This document shows, piece after piece, positions 11,818-25,630 of a stretch of DNA of 64,000 nucleotides. The stretch is from the human T2T-CHM13v2.0 reference genome, Homo sapiens, in NCBI RefSeq assembly GCF_009914755.1, contig NC_060933.1. The stretch is one strand, 5' to 3'. How positions within the stretch are numbered: the first letter of the stretch is position 1; each line of letters begins with the position of its first letter. The translations under genes and the position numbers were made by a program. The notes beneath the pieces were generated by a model, which did no database searches, was not told the origin of the DNA, and was given only the letters and a program-made list of their open reading frames with translations.

Positions 11818-12268
11818 TGTGGCAGATTAAAGATGACTGCAAGTTCTTTGAGTCTTGCATCTGGGTTGGCTTGTGACTGCTTTCAGCAACAGAGTCGCTG
11901 TGCCAGTGCCAGGTCTCACCCTTAAGAAGGCTGAACGGTTCTGCCTTTCGCTCCTGGAACCCTGAGTGTCCATGTAAGAAATTCAACCACCCTCCTGGAG
12001 TATCCAGATGGGGATGCTAAGGAGTCCAGGTGAGTCCAGCCTTCCAACCATTCCATCAAGACACCAGGTATGCAAGAGAAGTTATCTTGGATCCTCTGGC
12101 CACATTCACTGAGAAATCCCTATCTACACCACACAGAGCAGAAGAGGCCTCTGGCCAAGCCCTTCTAGGATTCCTGACTCACAAAGTCATGAGATATAAC
12201 AGAATGGGTGTTGCTTTCAGTCACCAAAATAGGGGTATTTTCTTGTGCCACAATACAAGACCAGAACC
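11818..12268 (+). mobile_element. MLT1 (ERVL-MaLR) solo LTR, MLT1G-like
   Basis: Starts tgtggcagattaaagatg; internal ctgggttggcttgtgactgcttt; MaLR-type 3' end. Confidence 0.7.
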
Positions 12269-12826
12269 CAGCCCTGCTGGCATTGGATGCATGCAGATGA
12301 CAAAGCTTTGCAGATGAAGAAATAGAAGCAACAAATTAAAGCTCAAGTGACAGAGGCAGGATTTGAACCCAGGCAGCTCAGCAACAGAGGGCATGGTTTC
12401 AGTTGCCTCCCCATTCCTTCTCTCATCTGGCCTGAGGATCAGGCCCAACCTAAGTCAATGATATAATCCAGTAAGTTATTTTCATGGCTTGCTCAACAGT
12501 AGATCTACTGAATGTATACAAATACTAAACAGTATTATAAGAGCTAAAAACTTAATATATTCACTCTTGGTTCATCAGAAGCTGAGAGATAGCATTTAGC
12601 ACCACAAATAGTATCACTGATACTAACAGAAATTAGCTACTTATTCAGTTTACAAGTTCCCTAATGATTATCAATGTATTAGGAAAGTAACTGGAACAGT
12701 CTGATGCAGTTCCACCTATCAGAAAGATAATGGCTCAGACACGGGTCTCATTTAGTTAGTAATAGCCACATCAACAACAAATCACGAAAACAATTTTGAA
12801 AAACCAACAAATGATTTAGAAAATAT

Positions 12827-13503
<677 letters not shown>

Positions 13504-14347
13504 TTAGAACAAAGAAAACAAAAATACAAACTGCATGGTTATTTCATTTAGAGAATAAATTTATCTTAATTAGAATTTTAAAATGTATATATGAATTATA
13601 TATATCAATGTACATCCATTTCTTTTACCGTACATCATTTTATTTAGAGAATAAATTTTAATCTAAATTAGAATTTAAAAATTTATATATTATATATATT
13701 TATACATAAATATATATAAATTTACATCCATTTCTTTTCCTGTACTAGTCATTAAATATTTTGAATATCATTCCTGTGGCTAATAGTACCTATCTCATAG
13801 GAGAGTTGTAAGAGTCAAATATAATTATGTGCCCAGCACAAAGTAAATGCTCAGTAATTATCAACTGTGATTACTACTGTTATTTTGTAATTATTATAGG
13901 CAATATATCCCAAAGTCACTTGACTCTGGAAATGTTTTTCTATTCCTTCATTCATTTTTATAGAGCATCTTATGGAATTAAAGTTCTGTGGGAGAGGCTG
14001 GCATAGTGGCATCAGACTGGGATAGCCCAGTATGCTGGCACCAGGAGACACACAGAACCATGGCTCCATTTCCTTTATTATGTCATGGTGCAGGGTACAG
14101 CTGCCATTCTGACTGCTTGGAAGTGCTGAGTTCAGCAGAGTTGAGGGGAGAGAAATGCTGGGAACATGAGATATCCCTTAGACACTGCTGACCCCGGGAG
14201 ACTTTTAGTTATGGTTCAGAGATCCAATGCCTGGAGCCCCTGGGCTATGGGTTTCCTCCTCTGCCTAACAATGTCCTCTATTCACTGATGACCAGGATGC
14301 ATTTACATCTCAGCCTAGTGTGGACACAGTCTTTACAGCACACTCAC

Positions 14348-14520
14348 TTTTTGGTGTTCCGAGAGCCCATAGTCCAGTACTGAGACAGAACATTCTTTTC
14401 CTGAGGTAGTAGCTTCTTTGCCTGAAAGAACGTATGGTGCTCAACACAGGATTTCCACAAGTTTTTGCAAGATCGGTAATTCAGCATGTTGAAGGCCACA
14501 ATATGTTCCCTGGATTCAGC
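14348..14520 (-). CDS. PTPN3: PTPN3 exon 12, aa 277-334 (end of FERM and FERM-adjacent region)
   Basis: [57 protein letters not shown](K), containing the LWKxCVEHHxFF motif; tcccag|GCT and AAA|gtgagt; 173 nt, phase 0-2. Confidence 0.97.
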
Positions 14521-16018
14521 CTGGGAGGAAAAACAGTCAAGATTTCACCCACACAGACATAGGAGCAGGGACTTGTAAGCATTTAACCCACATTGGTGAA
14601 ATGAGGTAAGATGCAACAGACAGCAGAAAACTGGTTTCAAAATGCCGTGGCCACAAACCAGTGTACCGGAATATTCAAGAGCACGATTTGTTAACCGTCT
14701 TTATGAACATGGTAATAGAGATGACCAGAATCTATTCTTTATCATCATCTGCGCTTCTTCATGAATGCTTTTATTTCAAATCTATTTACATTTCTAGGCT
14801 GGATACATTTGGAGCAATCAGATAAAAACCGTCTGATACACTCCTTTTAAATTTTAACTCTGGGAACATCTCTCTCCTGAAGGAATACTCTTTCATCTAT
14901 CAGACAACAGCAAGTTTATAACCCTTTGGGTTTTTCTCTATTTGCTTTCCACAAAGCACAGAGTTGAATCCAGTGCTCATATGTAATAATCATTTTAATC
15001 ATTTGCTTTGCCTGCATTCTGCATGAGTTTAGGTTTTCTGTTTTCATGTTAAATTGCCGTCTTATACATTTTTGTGCCACCCTGAATCTTGCACTGAGGG
15101 GTCAGGAGATCCAGATTCCAGTCCTAGCTGCTCTGAGCTTTTGTGTCCTCATTCCTAAGAGTTCACGGCTCTGTGAGGCCATTTTAAGCATATATTACCT
15201 TTGAAAAATTGGGAAATTGACACAGTGACAGTAAGTGAAAATCATGCAGCATAAAAAGATAAGGGTGTAGTGCTGTGGAAAGAGCAGGTGTCTCGGATTC
15301 GTAATGATCTGGTTAAAATTCCAGCTCCCCTGACTCACTAGCTGTGGGAGCCTCAGTTTCCTCTCCTCTAAGTTCTACATCTCTGTATGGATGAGCAAAT
15401 GGAGTTATCACAGTGCTATGGACTTTGCTTATGAGATATATACACCTACCAAGCCATCGTGCAGTTTCAACACATCATGGGAGGGAACTGACCTTGCTGA
15501 CATTCACTGTTACTTTGTGGTGGGCTCTCTGCCAAGTGCTTTGACCAATCCTCTTTTATTTAATCTTCACAATTCCCTAAGAAGTGGGCATTATAGAATT
15601 TCTGGAAACAAGGTAACTTGGGCTAGGGAACGTTAAGTAACCTGGCTAGCTGGTAAGTGGAAGAGCCAGGATCTGAAACCACTGTCTCTGACTCCAAAGC
15701 AAGTTAATCCTCCAACCAGCTAAGCAGAATTATACAGACAATCACTGGATCCTCCAGACTCTGGCTCCACAATGGCATGCTCTTTCTTCCCTGATACATA
15801 CATAGCAAACAGCCTTCAACCCTTAAAGAACTAAAAGCTGAAGTAACTTAAAAACACAAGAAATGGGGCAAAGTGGTGCATGTTTCTAGTCCCAGCTACT
15901 TGGGAGGCTGAGGCAGGAGGATCCCCTGAGCTCAGTTTGGGCAACATAGCGAGACCCTGTCTCTAACCACACACATACATATGCACGAAACAAAGCAAGC
16001 AAAGACATAACTACTCAC

Positions 16019-16082
16019 CTGTTTCTGTCGCTGATGTATGAAGAACTTTTTCCTTTTGAAAGAAATTTTGAGAATGTTCACC
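16019..16082 (-). CDS. PTPN3: PTPN3 exon 11, aa 255-276
   Basis: (W)[21 protein letters not shown]; ttgaag|G and CAG|gtgagt; 64 nt, phase 2-0. Confidence 0.96.
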
Positions 16083-16930
16083 CTTCAAAAAATAAAACAA
16101 AACACAAACAAAGCACATCAGGGATCGGCCAGGTTGAAGCTGATGCCTCTCAATGCATGTCCTTTACTCCATGATCCTGATGAGTGGGGGCTCTTGGCTG
16201 CCTAGAGTTTACTTCTCTGTAGAAATGATGGCAGCCCCACTGCCGCAGGCTAATACCAAGTAGCTGACTGAAGCTGAGCACTGCGTAAGGGCCACTGGAT
16301 TATGATGTAGCTTTTAAATAACAAGAAACATAGGCCATGCGCTCTCTTTGCTATAAGCTGCTTTTGTGGCACTGCAGCTCTGCGTGAGCTGGTATATACA
16401 TGGGGAAGACAGCTGAGAGCAGCATGGAGCAGCTGAAAGAGGACAGACCTGGTCCGAACCCCAGCTCCATTACTTAACAGCCACGTGTCAAGTAGCCTAC
16501 TTAACATTTGCAAGATAACAGAATTTAGTCACCATTAACTGAACATTTTTTAGATACTAGGCTGCTACTAAGAGCTTTATAAACATCCCCTCAACGAAGC
16601 CCTGCAACAATCCTGAAAAGTACATATTGTTATACCCAGTTTTCAGATGAGGAAACTGAGGCTCAGAGACATCACCAAAGTGCTCAAGATCATTCAACTA
16701 GAAATTCCTGGAGCCAGGACCTGCACCCCGGTCTCAGCTGACTCTGAAGCCTGTGCTCCTAAGCTCTCCACTATGAAGTCTTCCCAACAGTGGTGAAAAC
16801 ACTGCCCTTCTCAGAGAGCGGCCTTGTGAGGATTCAAGCAGAGTAGGAATGTCAAGTCCCTACCTTGTCACACAGTAGGCCTGCAATGCTTGTTCCTTTA
16901 ATTAAAAACATAACTTTTAAAATAAATTTA

Positions 16931-17168
16931 CAGTTGACCCTTGATTAACAAAGGTTTGAACTATGTGGGGTCCACTATCTGGGGGATTCTTTTTAACCAA
17001 ACATGGATGGAAAACAGTATTTGCAGGATGCGAAACCCACATATACAAAGGGCTGGCTTTTCAAATACACGAGTTTTGCGGAGCCAACTGTGTGACAAGT
17101 CTGTGTAGATTTCGGTAACTACAAGTGGTCTTGGAACCAATCCCCCAAGTACACCAAGGGCTGACTAT
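16931..17168 (+). mobile_element. MER8-like TcMar-Tigger MITE
   Basis: Begins ta|cagttgacccttga...ggtttgaact; ends ggaaccaatccccc...ccaagggctgact, a degenerate inverted terminal repeat. Confidence 0.8.
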
Positions 17169-20100
17169 CATTCATTTATGCAAAACTTCTGTAATCCATA
17201 CAAAGGGTGCATATTTCTCTGCTGGAATCTTTACTTCTGAAATACTTTGGGGAAATGAAGGAATTTTACTATTCTCTAGGATCATACAAAGACCTTGGTA
17301 GAACATTCTAGAATGGAGAGGCTGTGTAGGTAAAACGAAACTTGAACTATTCATGGGACATCCCCCAGATGGATCAGCAATATACCTCTATTACATATTA
17401 GATATTACCTAATACACATCTATTTTCAACGATCTGTTGGTAGATGTAACTGTGAAGTAAATTTTTTGGGGTGACTACAGGTTAATAGTCTAAGGATGAG
17501 AAGAGTGTCTGGGCTCACCCCTTCTGGAGATACTCTTCCTAGTGTGTGTTACTGCTCTGCCATCTCCCTGAAGTCGGGGGAGTCTCCTCACGATTCTCCT
17601 GTGCCAACTGGCAGATGCAAAAATTCCTGTTCTGCAGAACGAGTCAGGAGAATCAACTCCCCTTTTGAGTTCTTACCTTGCCTTGTTTGGCCCATGGGTA
17701 TCTGTGGACCTCTTACTCCCCCCACCCCTGGCTTCAAATACAGGGGTAGGAGGGCCTGGCAGGCCTCCTGTGGTTCCTAGGGCTCCAGCTCAGCATCGCC
17801 TTCCCAGGCTGACCCCAATTTCCCCACCTGACAGCTCTCTCCCTGAGCTGTCAAATCTGATTATGCACAGACATGAACTCTTGTCGTTTCCAGGCTTGGG
17901 GCCTCAGCGGGGCTCCCTACTGCCCTTCACTCATTTATAAGAAAAAAAAATGCACTGAGAGCCTAGGATGTACAAAGTTCTATGCCAGGCCCTGGGGACA
18001 GAGGGAAGAGGACATGGAGCCACTGCCATCCAGAGGCTTATAATCCAGTGAGGGAGACAGGAACCACATAAAGAATGATGCATGGAAGTAAATCACTGTA
18101 ACTGTGAGCACTGCATGCAGGAATGCCTAGAGTCTCATAAGAGCACTAAGAACTGAGCCTATAGGCTCCTATGGCCCGTGAAGCCCTCCATGACCTGGCC
18201 CCTCTCCTGCTGCTCCTCATGCCCATGGCCAGCTCCAGCCTGGCCTGTCCCACTCCTCCTGACTCACTAGCTGGGTTCTCTCTTGTCTCTGGACCTATAC
18301 ACCCTGCCACTTCTCTAGAATTTTCCTTGGGCCAAAGCTCAGCTGGTGTTCAGATCCTGGTGAGTGCCTTACCCTGCATGCTTAGGGCCCTTCTTATGTC
18401 CTGCCCCTCCTGGGCACTTGCCCATGCACCTCCCTTGTCACCCTGGGGTCACCATCTGGTGCTGGTCTCCCCGCTGGTCTCTGAGGTTTACACTGGAGGC
18501 AGGGGCCAGGCCTCGACAGGAGCCATCTTGATGTTGAAGGGTGAGGGAGGCTTCAGCAGGACTGTGGGTGAGCCTGGGGGTTGGAGAGTCCCTGCAGGCT
18601 CTGCCAAAAAGGCTTCTGTTCACAAACCTGCTTCTCCTGACCAAGTCTCCCACTTCTCTCTCCTGCAGTGACCTTGTGGGACCCACATCTTCTCCACAAT
18701 GTGAGGGTCCAGCCCTTGTCTGTGGGCCCTTAGGAGGTTTGGTCACAGTTAGGCTGGACCCAAGGGGCTTTAGGCCTGTGGCACCTGGAGGAAGCCCCCG
18801 GCATCTGGAGGGGCTGGGTGCAGAAAAATGAGCCGTATGCCCATTGTGCCCTCTGCTTAGCCTGATCTTAGTCCTGAGTGGGCCAGAGAGCTGCCTGGGC
18901 ACGCCCCAGCCCACCAAGCAGGCTGGAGTTTCTTGCTTCCTCTGAGGGGCTTCTAAAAGAGATGAGGTGAATGAAAGATGGAGAGAAGATCCTGCTATCT
19001 GTTACACTGATTTCAGTGTCAAATTGAACAGGGCTGTCGTCACATTTTTTGGTTTTGGAAAATAGATATATTGAAACTTAACTGAACAGCGTCTATTAAG
19101 TATGTATGCTACTTAAGCGTTTTCCTACAAATACCACTTTTAGTGTTGAAACAAAAGTCCAGGCTCTGGAGCTAGACTCTGATGTGAGTTTCAACTACTC
19201 TGATTATTAGCTGTGTCACTCTGGACAGGTTCTTACTTAACTTCTTTGTACCTCTGTTTCCTCCTCCGTGAAACTGGGGATAATAACCTATATAGTGCCT
19301 ATTTGGAGTTTAAAGGAGATAAATCAAAGAAAATACACAGTAATAGGACTTGGACACAGTAAGCATGCAATAAGAATTACTGCTATTAATAACGATAATT
19401 TTGTTATATATAATTATATATTTATGTGTAATATATATTATTCTATTATATAATATAGGGTATATTATATAACAATAGAGTATTATATTACTAACTCATT
19501 AATATTATATATATTATTATATAATACTCCATAGTTTTACTTAAGTTACTTGCAGGTTTTTTCCTGTTATAAATAATGCTGTGATGAACATCTTTGTGTT
19601 TCAGGTAATGAAATTCTATGCTCCCAAGTTGGGGAGCAGATTTAGATGTCAAAGGTCAAACTCTGTGTGGCACATACCTGGCACCAAATCTTCTCTTATC
19701 CCCATTCCCTAACTTCCTTCCTTGCTGCCACTGTTTTGCCAAAACTCCGTGTTTTTTCCCCGTTTGTCCTTTTCCATCTGCATCTCCTGCCGTCTATGGC
19801 ACTCACTCTCCTGTACCTTCCTGGCAATGCGTGCTACCCCCATTCCTTGCACCATCACGTTACCATTATGTAGATGGTATTATTTTGGTGGTGTTTCCCC
19901 TAAGAAAGCTCCCTGTTGCCTGGCACATTAAACTCAAACTTCTCTCCAAAATTCAGTTCCACTCACGAGTAATGCGGGACAGGCTGGCCTACAGGTCTCT
20001 TCCCACCAGGCCTGTGAGCTCAGAGGGCAAGCACTCAGTTGTACACGTCTTTGGGTCCCTTTAGAGTTTAGAACAGAGCTGGACACTTGGTAAAGGTTCA

Positions 20101-20469
20101 GTTAATAACCGAGGAACAGAAATGAAACGATGGTTCCTGCCCAGAGAAAGCTCTTCTCTGAATTCTGACCAATGTACTGCCCAGGAAAAATTCCTTAATG
20201 CCAAGGCCTGCCTGTGCCATTTTATCCACCAGGTTTCCAGAGTATCCCAAACCACAGGGTGAGTTGGGGGAAGGGAATGCTAATGAAAACTAAACTCAAA
20301 TTTTCCTAAGTACCAAATCTGGACCAAATTTAGAGGTCAGAGTAAAACTCGGGAGGCACTCTCTATCTTTTCTTTAGAAATAAACATTTAGAATGGGAGG
20401 TAACATTACTTTTGTTAGGCATATTTTTAAAGCATGATTCAGAAAATAATGAGAACTGTTTGCACTTAC

Positions 20470-20558
20470 CAAGGATAGAAACTTGTGCAAATGTATTTTC
20501 GGTACACAGCAACACCCGCGGAAGCAATTCCAATCATTAGGTCTAAATTGTGCAGATC
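20470..20558 (-). CDS. PTPN3: PTPN3 exon 10, aa 226-255 (FERM F3 lobe)
   Basis: [29 protein letters not shown](W); ttacag|GAT and TTG|gtaagt; 89 nt, phase 0-2. Confidence 0.96.
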
Positions 20559-21020
20559 CTGTAAAAAGGAAGATCTCAGATCCACAGCATGTTACAGTCA
20601 TGCTTATGCCCTCTGGTGACTTTAAAGCACCCACGCTGTTATAAATAGTCATATGTATAGGCTCCAAATGGGAAAATGCTACTGAAAACAGGCAAAAAGC
20701 CCCACTTAACGGATACTTAAGATCGAAGTACTGAGTACCAAATTCTTCTAAAGTGAACACAGCCTGTCAAGCAACATGTGGGTGCCACTGGTCTAGAAAG
20801 TTACCAAATAAGCCCACTCATTCCACGGAATCATTTACATGAACACTCAAGCTTTAAATTTTCAACAATCAGCACTAAATCAGAAAGGCCTCACCCCTTT
20901 GCAAAGCTTTTTGCAAATCTCAATTTCCATTACTGTAAAGGCTTTAGCTATTTTGAAATGATGATGAAAATGTATACATGTAGAACTGCTGACTCTAAAT
21001 CTACTTAAGAAATAAATGTT

Positions 21021-21309
21021 GGCTGGGTGAGGTGGCTCACGCCTATAATCCCAGCACTTTACGAGGCCAAGGAGGGTGGATCCCTTGAGCCCAGGAGTTT
21101 GAGGCCAACCTGGGCAACATGGCGAAACTCTGTCTCTACAAAACAATACAAAAAATTAGGTGGGTGTGGTAGCATACGCCTGTAGTCCCAGCCACTCAGG
21201 AGGCTGAGGTGGGAGGACTGCTTAAGCCTGGGAAGTTGAGGCTGTTTGAGGCTGCAGTGAGCCGTGATTGTGCCACCATGCTCCAGCCTAGGCAGCAGAG
21301 GGAGACTCT

Positions 21310-21340
<31 letters not shown>
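21021..21340 (+). mobile_element. AluJ-like element
   Basis: Dimeric Alu with a long pure poly-A tail. Confidence 0.9.
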
Positions 21341-21341
<1 letters not shown>

Positions 21342-21544
21342 CGTTGCTTCTAAATCCAGTGTATCCAACATTTATGCATGCCTAAGTGCTGGGCATTGCT
21401 GTGGACAGTGAGGATACAGAAGACACAGCCGCTACAAGTTTGAGAACAAGGTGAGTACAAATAAAATTTAAAAATAAAATAGTTCCTCCTCTTGAGTCAT
21501 TTACCTTCTTGTTTTCCCAATCAGATACTTGGTTTTTGTGTGTT

Positions 21545-22004
21545 TGGTTTTTCTCTGAGAGACAGGGTCTTGCTTTGATGCCCAGGCTGGAGTGCAGTGG
21601 TGCACACGTGGCTCACTGCAGCCTCAACCTCCTGGGCTCAAGTGATCCTACAGCCTCAGTTCCCAAGTAGCTGGGACTACAGGCATGTGCCACCACGCCC
21701 AGCTAATTTTTCATATTTTTGTAGAGATGGGGTCACACTATGTTGCCTAGGCTGGAGTGCAGTGGTGCACACGTGGCTCACTGCAGCCTCAACCTCCTGG
21801 GCTCAAGTGATCCTACAGCCTCAGTTCCCAAGTAGCTGGGACTACAGGCATGTGCCACCACGCCCAGCTAATTTTTCATATTTTTGTAGAGATGGGGTCA
21901 CACTATGTTGCCTAGGCTGGTCTTGAACTCCTGGGCTTAAGGGATCCTCCTGCCTCGGCCTCCCAAAGTGCTGGGGTTAAAGGCGTGAGCCACTATGCTT
22001 GACC
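21545..22004 (-). mobile_element. AluJ-like element carrying an internal 165-bp tandem duplication
   Basis: 21584-21755 is identical to 21749-21920. Confidence 0.93.
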
Positions 22005-22629
22005 CAGATACTAGTAATTATAAAGAGGGGGCATGGTTTGAGTCAGTCACAACTGAGTGTGAACCTTCAGTCTGGCACCTACTAGCTATATAATGTTGGG
22101 CTCCTGAGGCTCAATTTTTCTTCTTGTACAATAAAGATGACAGAACCCACCTCGAAGCGTTTTTATCTGGCTGAAATGAGAGATGAAAACCTAGAAGGGG
22201 GCTTGGCATATGGAGCTTCTAGAAGAGAGTTTGGCACGTGGAAGACATAAGAAACGTCCATTCCCCTTTGCCGTGGGACAAACCCTTTGTGAACCACAAT
22301 GTGAACATGGAGTTAGAGAAACGGGACAAACAAAACAGTGCTGATACTGTGGAAAGTCCAGGCAGTATTCACTATCAGTACCCAACAGAAATCACATGCT
22401 TATAACAAAACCAAATTTGCTTGATGAAGGGTAGAATTGCATTTAAATATGATACTTGAGATCACAACAGAGGGAGTATGAAGCAGGTGTGACAGAGCAA
22501 ATTAGCAAAGGAAATCAAAATTGAGTGAACAAGGAAACAAATGAATGGTTTGGGTGGGCCAAAGACCAGGTCTCAAATCTCCTAATCCTGTGGTCTTTCA
22601 GTATGCACCTCAACCCCTGCAGCATAGGA

Positions 22630-23025
22630 AGTTACTGTCTATTCAATTCCCAGGCCCAACCCCACATTTCCCAGCTCCCCTTGCAGAGGGCAGAACTCGG
22701 TGACTAGTTCTGGCCACTGTGCTCTGAGCAGGAGGAATGTATGTCTCTTTTGGGCTGAAGCATTTAAGAGCTGGTGTGTAACCCTGCAGCTTCCTGTTCC
22801 CTTGTGACAAACATGGAGGTCACATGGAAAGATGGCCATGACATGGAAGCAGCCTCGACTGCTGAGTTATTGCGATGGATGGGGTGGAGGGCTGCCCTGG
22901 AAGACTCCTAGACTCAATGCAAGCTTTGAATTACTGAAAGATAAACCTTATGATATGAAGCTATGGAGATTTAGGGGTTTTTAGTTCACGTAGAACAGCC
23001 TAGTATGACCAACCCCCTCTGATAC
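22630..23025 (+). mobile_element. MLT1 (MaLR) LTR, MLT1I/J-like
   Basis: cacatttcccagctccccttgcag...gtgactagttctggcca...ataaacctt...gagatttaggggtt. Confidence 0.65.
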
Positions 23026-24279
23026 TGTGGGGGTCTTTGCCACGCAGATATCATCTGGCCTCACAGCCCTTGAGGGTCATTTCACTGACAGTTCTTGGGG
23101 TGGGACAGCACAGCTCAACTCAGGCAGATATAAAGCCCTACTTCACCGACAATTAAAGTTCTCTGAAACATTCTATCTAAGATAAAATATTATTTGCAAA
23201 TGGAATAAAAATGAATGGTCAAGTCCCAAAGCTGATATTTTGTAAGATCTAACACCATTTTCCTTCCTTATTTCCTATATCACAACTTGCCTACCTCACA
23301 GGACTGTCAAGGGACCGAAGTGAAACAAAAATAAATGAAAGTGTTTCTATAAACTATGAAAATACATAGATTTAAAATCTGATCATTTACTCAATCTCTA
23401 TGAGCCTCGGTTTTCTCATCTATAAAACGGGAATAACTAGAATGTCGATTTCACAAGGTTTCTATGATCACAAGGTGAGACCTTATGGTCTCATATGAAA
23501 GCATCTGGATAAAGGCTAGTATATAGTAGGTGCTCAATTAATTTTTGCTTCCTTTTGGATATGATGTGGACCAATCACAGGTAGAAAACGTATGCCACTG
23601 ATCAAAGGTCAGATGCTAATTAGACAGTGAGGGGTCATGTGCTGAAGCTACAACTTGTGTGCTGTGTGACCTCGGTTATGTCCCTGAGTATCAGTTTCTC
23701 CATCTGTAAAATGGGGTTAATGATAACATATGGAACTCATGGTATTACCGCAGGAAATAATCCACTGGTGCATAGAAATTGCTTGACAGATGACAGATGT
23801 TAGTAAATCCTACTAAAGTAGCCACAACTAATTTCAAATATTTATTGATTTTAACAATTATATCACCATAATCTTTTTAAAAAAACTATCATATATGAGT
23901 AACTATCTCCAATTTGAGCAACACTTGAGATTAAGTAGTAGAAATCTTGGCCCCTTAAACCGTCACCTGAAAAATGAATTTATACCTATTTTTTGCCTTT
24001 TAAAACCATAATATAAAATGGTCTTACAAAAATTACTAGTTTCTAGTCCCCTAACCCTTCAAAAGGGAAAAGTCTTCAAGTACAAAAGCAAACATTAAAA
24101 AAAAGCAATTGGACAAATGACCAACAAAAAATTCAGCATTACTTAATAAACCTTCCAAATATCTTTTAAAAAGTCCTGTTATAATGAAAAAGAAATAGTT
24201 TCATCAAAGAATTTTTCAAACGCTCAGAGATTAAAATAAAAACATAATGTTTGAGCCAAGACGTAACAAGAATACATAC

Positions 24280-24367
24280 CCTACCACTGTGCAGTTCTAC
24301 TCCATAGAAGTCGAGGGTCCGCGCTATGTTGATATAGCAGGATTCTGCTTCTGATTGTTTTAGCCCA
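24280..24367 (-). CDS. PTPN3: PTPN3 exon 9, aa 196-225
   Basis: (S)[29 protein letters not shown], containing the FERM YG motif; ccgtag|T and AGG|gtatgt; 88 nt, phase 2-0. Confidence 0.97.
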
Positions 24368-25509
24368 CTACGGAAGAAAAGACAAAAAGCAGAGTTCATC
24401 CAATAAAGAGAGGGCATTAACTCCAATTTTAAAAAATCTAGAACATTTGATACCATTTCTGTAAGGTTATTAAATGCCTTATGTTATCAATCTTCAGCAA
24501 TCTAATGCTAAATTCTACTAAAGCAAGTTTTTATTCTTATCCATTGAATGTGACTCCCTCTAACCCTCTTGTTTTTAAATTAAATAATACTTCCCCTTTA
24601 GTGGGCTCACAATATTCAGACGGAGAAGACTGTTACCTTTCAGAATCCCTGCCCTAATTATTCCAAGTTGCTAATTAGTAGGGAATCTTTAGGTCTCTCT
24701 GCCTTTATCTCTTCTTTTGGCAGTGGCCTCAAACTTTCAAACGCCACTGGCCCCGTACTATTTTAGGAGATTGACTTCTGCCCTGGGAGTAATTCTGGGA
24801 GAGAGGTTTGGCAATGCCTTCTTAGAAAGGACACTTGGTTGCCTGGCCTTTGTTTTTATGGCTTTCCCAAGAAGAGAGCAGCCCCTTGAGAGCTGGCCTT
24901 CTTGGTCAGGGTGGCCTTTATTTGACCTGGACTGCACAGCTGCTGCTGTAGCTTTAAGTAAAACAAGGAAGGGGAAGAGCAGCCAGAATTGGGCATATGT
25001 GTTGGAGCTGAGGCTCGCAACAAATACGCAGGGGCAACTGCAGAAGACTCATGCTCCCCACTTGGACATAGGGCACTTTTCATGAACTGAACACAGGAGA
25101 CTGGTCAGCACTGTACGTCCATCTGTCTGTCTGTTTAACAAGACCTGAAGGAACAGCTTGTTTTATTAAATGTGGTAAACTGCTAAGAGGTTTACCTTGG
25201 TACAGTCCATTGGTGGGGCAATCAGATTTCAAAATGGGCATTTCCTTCAGGAATTTACTGATTTCAATGACATCCTGAAAAGGACGCAGCAGCTATCACC
25301 CTAAACTCTTACTGGATTTTACACTTTACAGAAATGCTAGTTATGCCAAATATATCTGCCACCATACCAGCTCAAAGGTTCAAAAACCCCCGACATCTTG
25401 AAAGAGGATTCATGCACAAAAGAAAGAGGCTGCATCAAACACAAAGGGATATGATGTCTGAAAATACCCAACCCAAGTCCCCAAAGTAGGCCACCCCAGC
25501 CCCCCTCAC

Positions 25510-25630
25510 CTGTGCTGCTCATGCAGAGATTCGACTTTTGTTAAAAAGTCCTCATTTTGATCGGGTATAAAGTGACTATCGGAAAGATAGCCTGGATGAT
25601 GTATGGAAGAATTATAGTCTCCAAAATGAG
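25510..25630 (-). CDS. PTPN3: PTPN3 exon 8, aa 156-196
   Basis: (S)[39 protein letters not shown](S); tgatag|CT and CAG|gtgagg; 121 nt, phase 1-2. Not visible in this frame in the ORF track. Confidence 0.96.

Noticed and set aside
18171-18917. Long overlapping ORFs on both strands (166 and 159 aa)
   Set aside because: GC-rich intronic DNA, partly repeat-like; no recognisable homology
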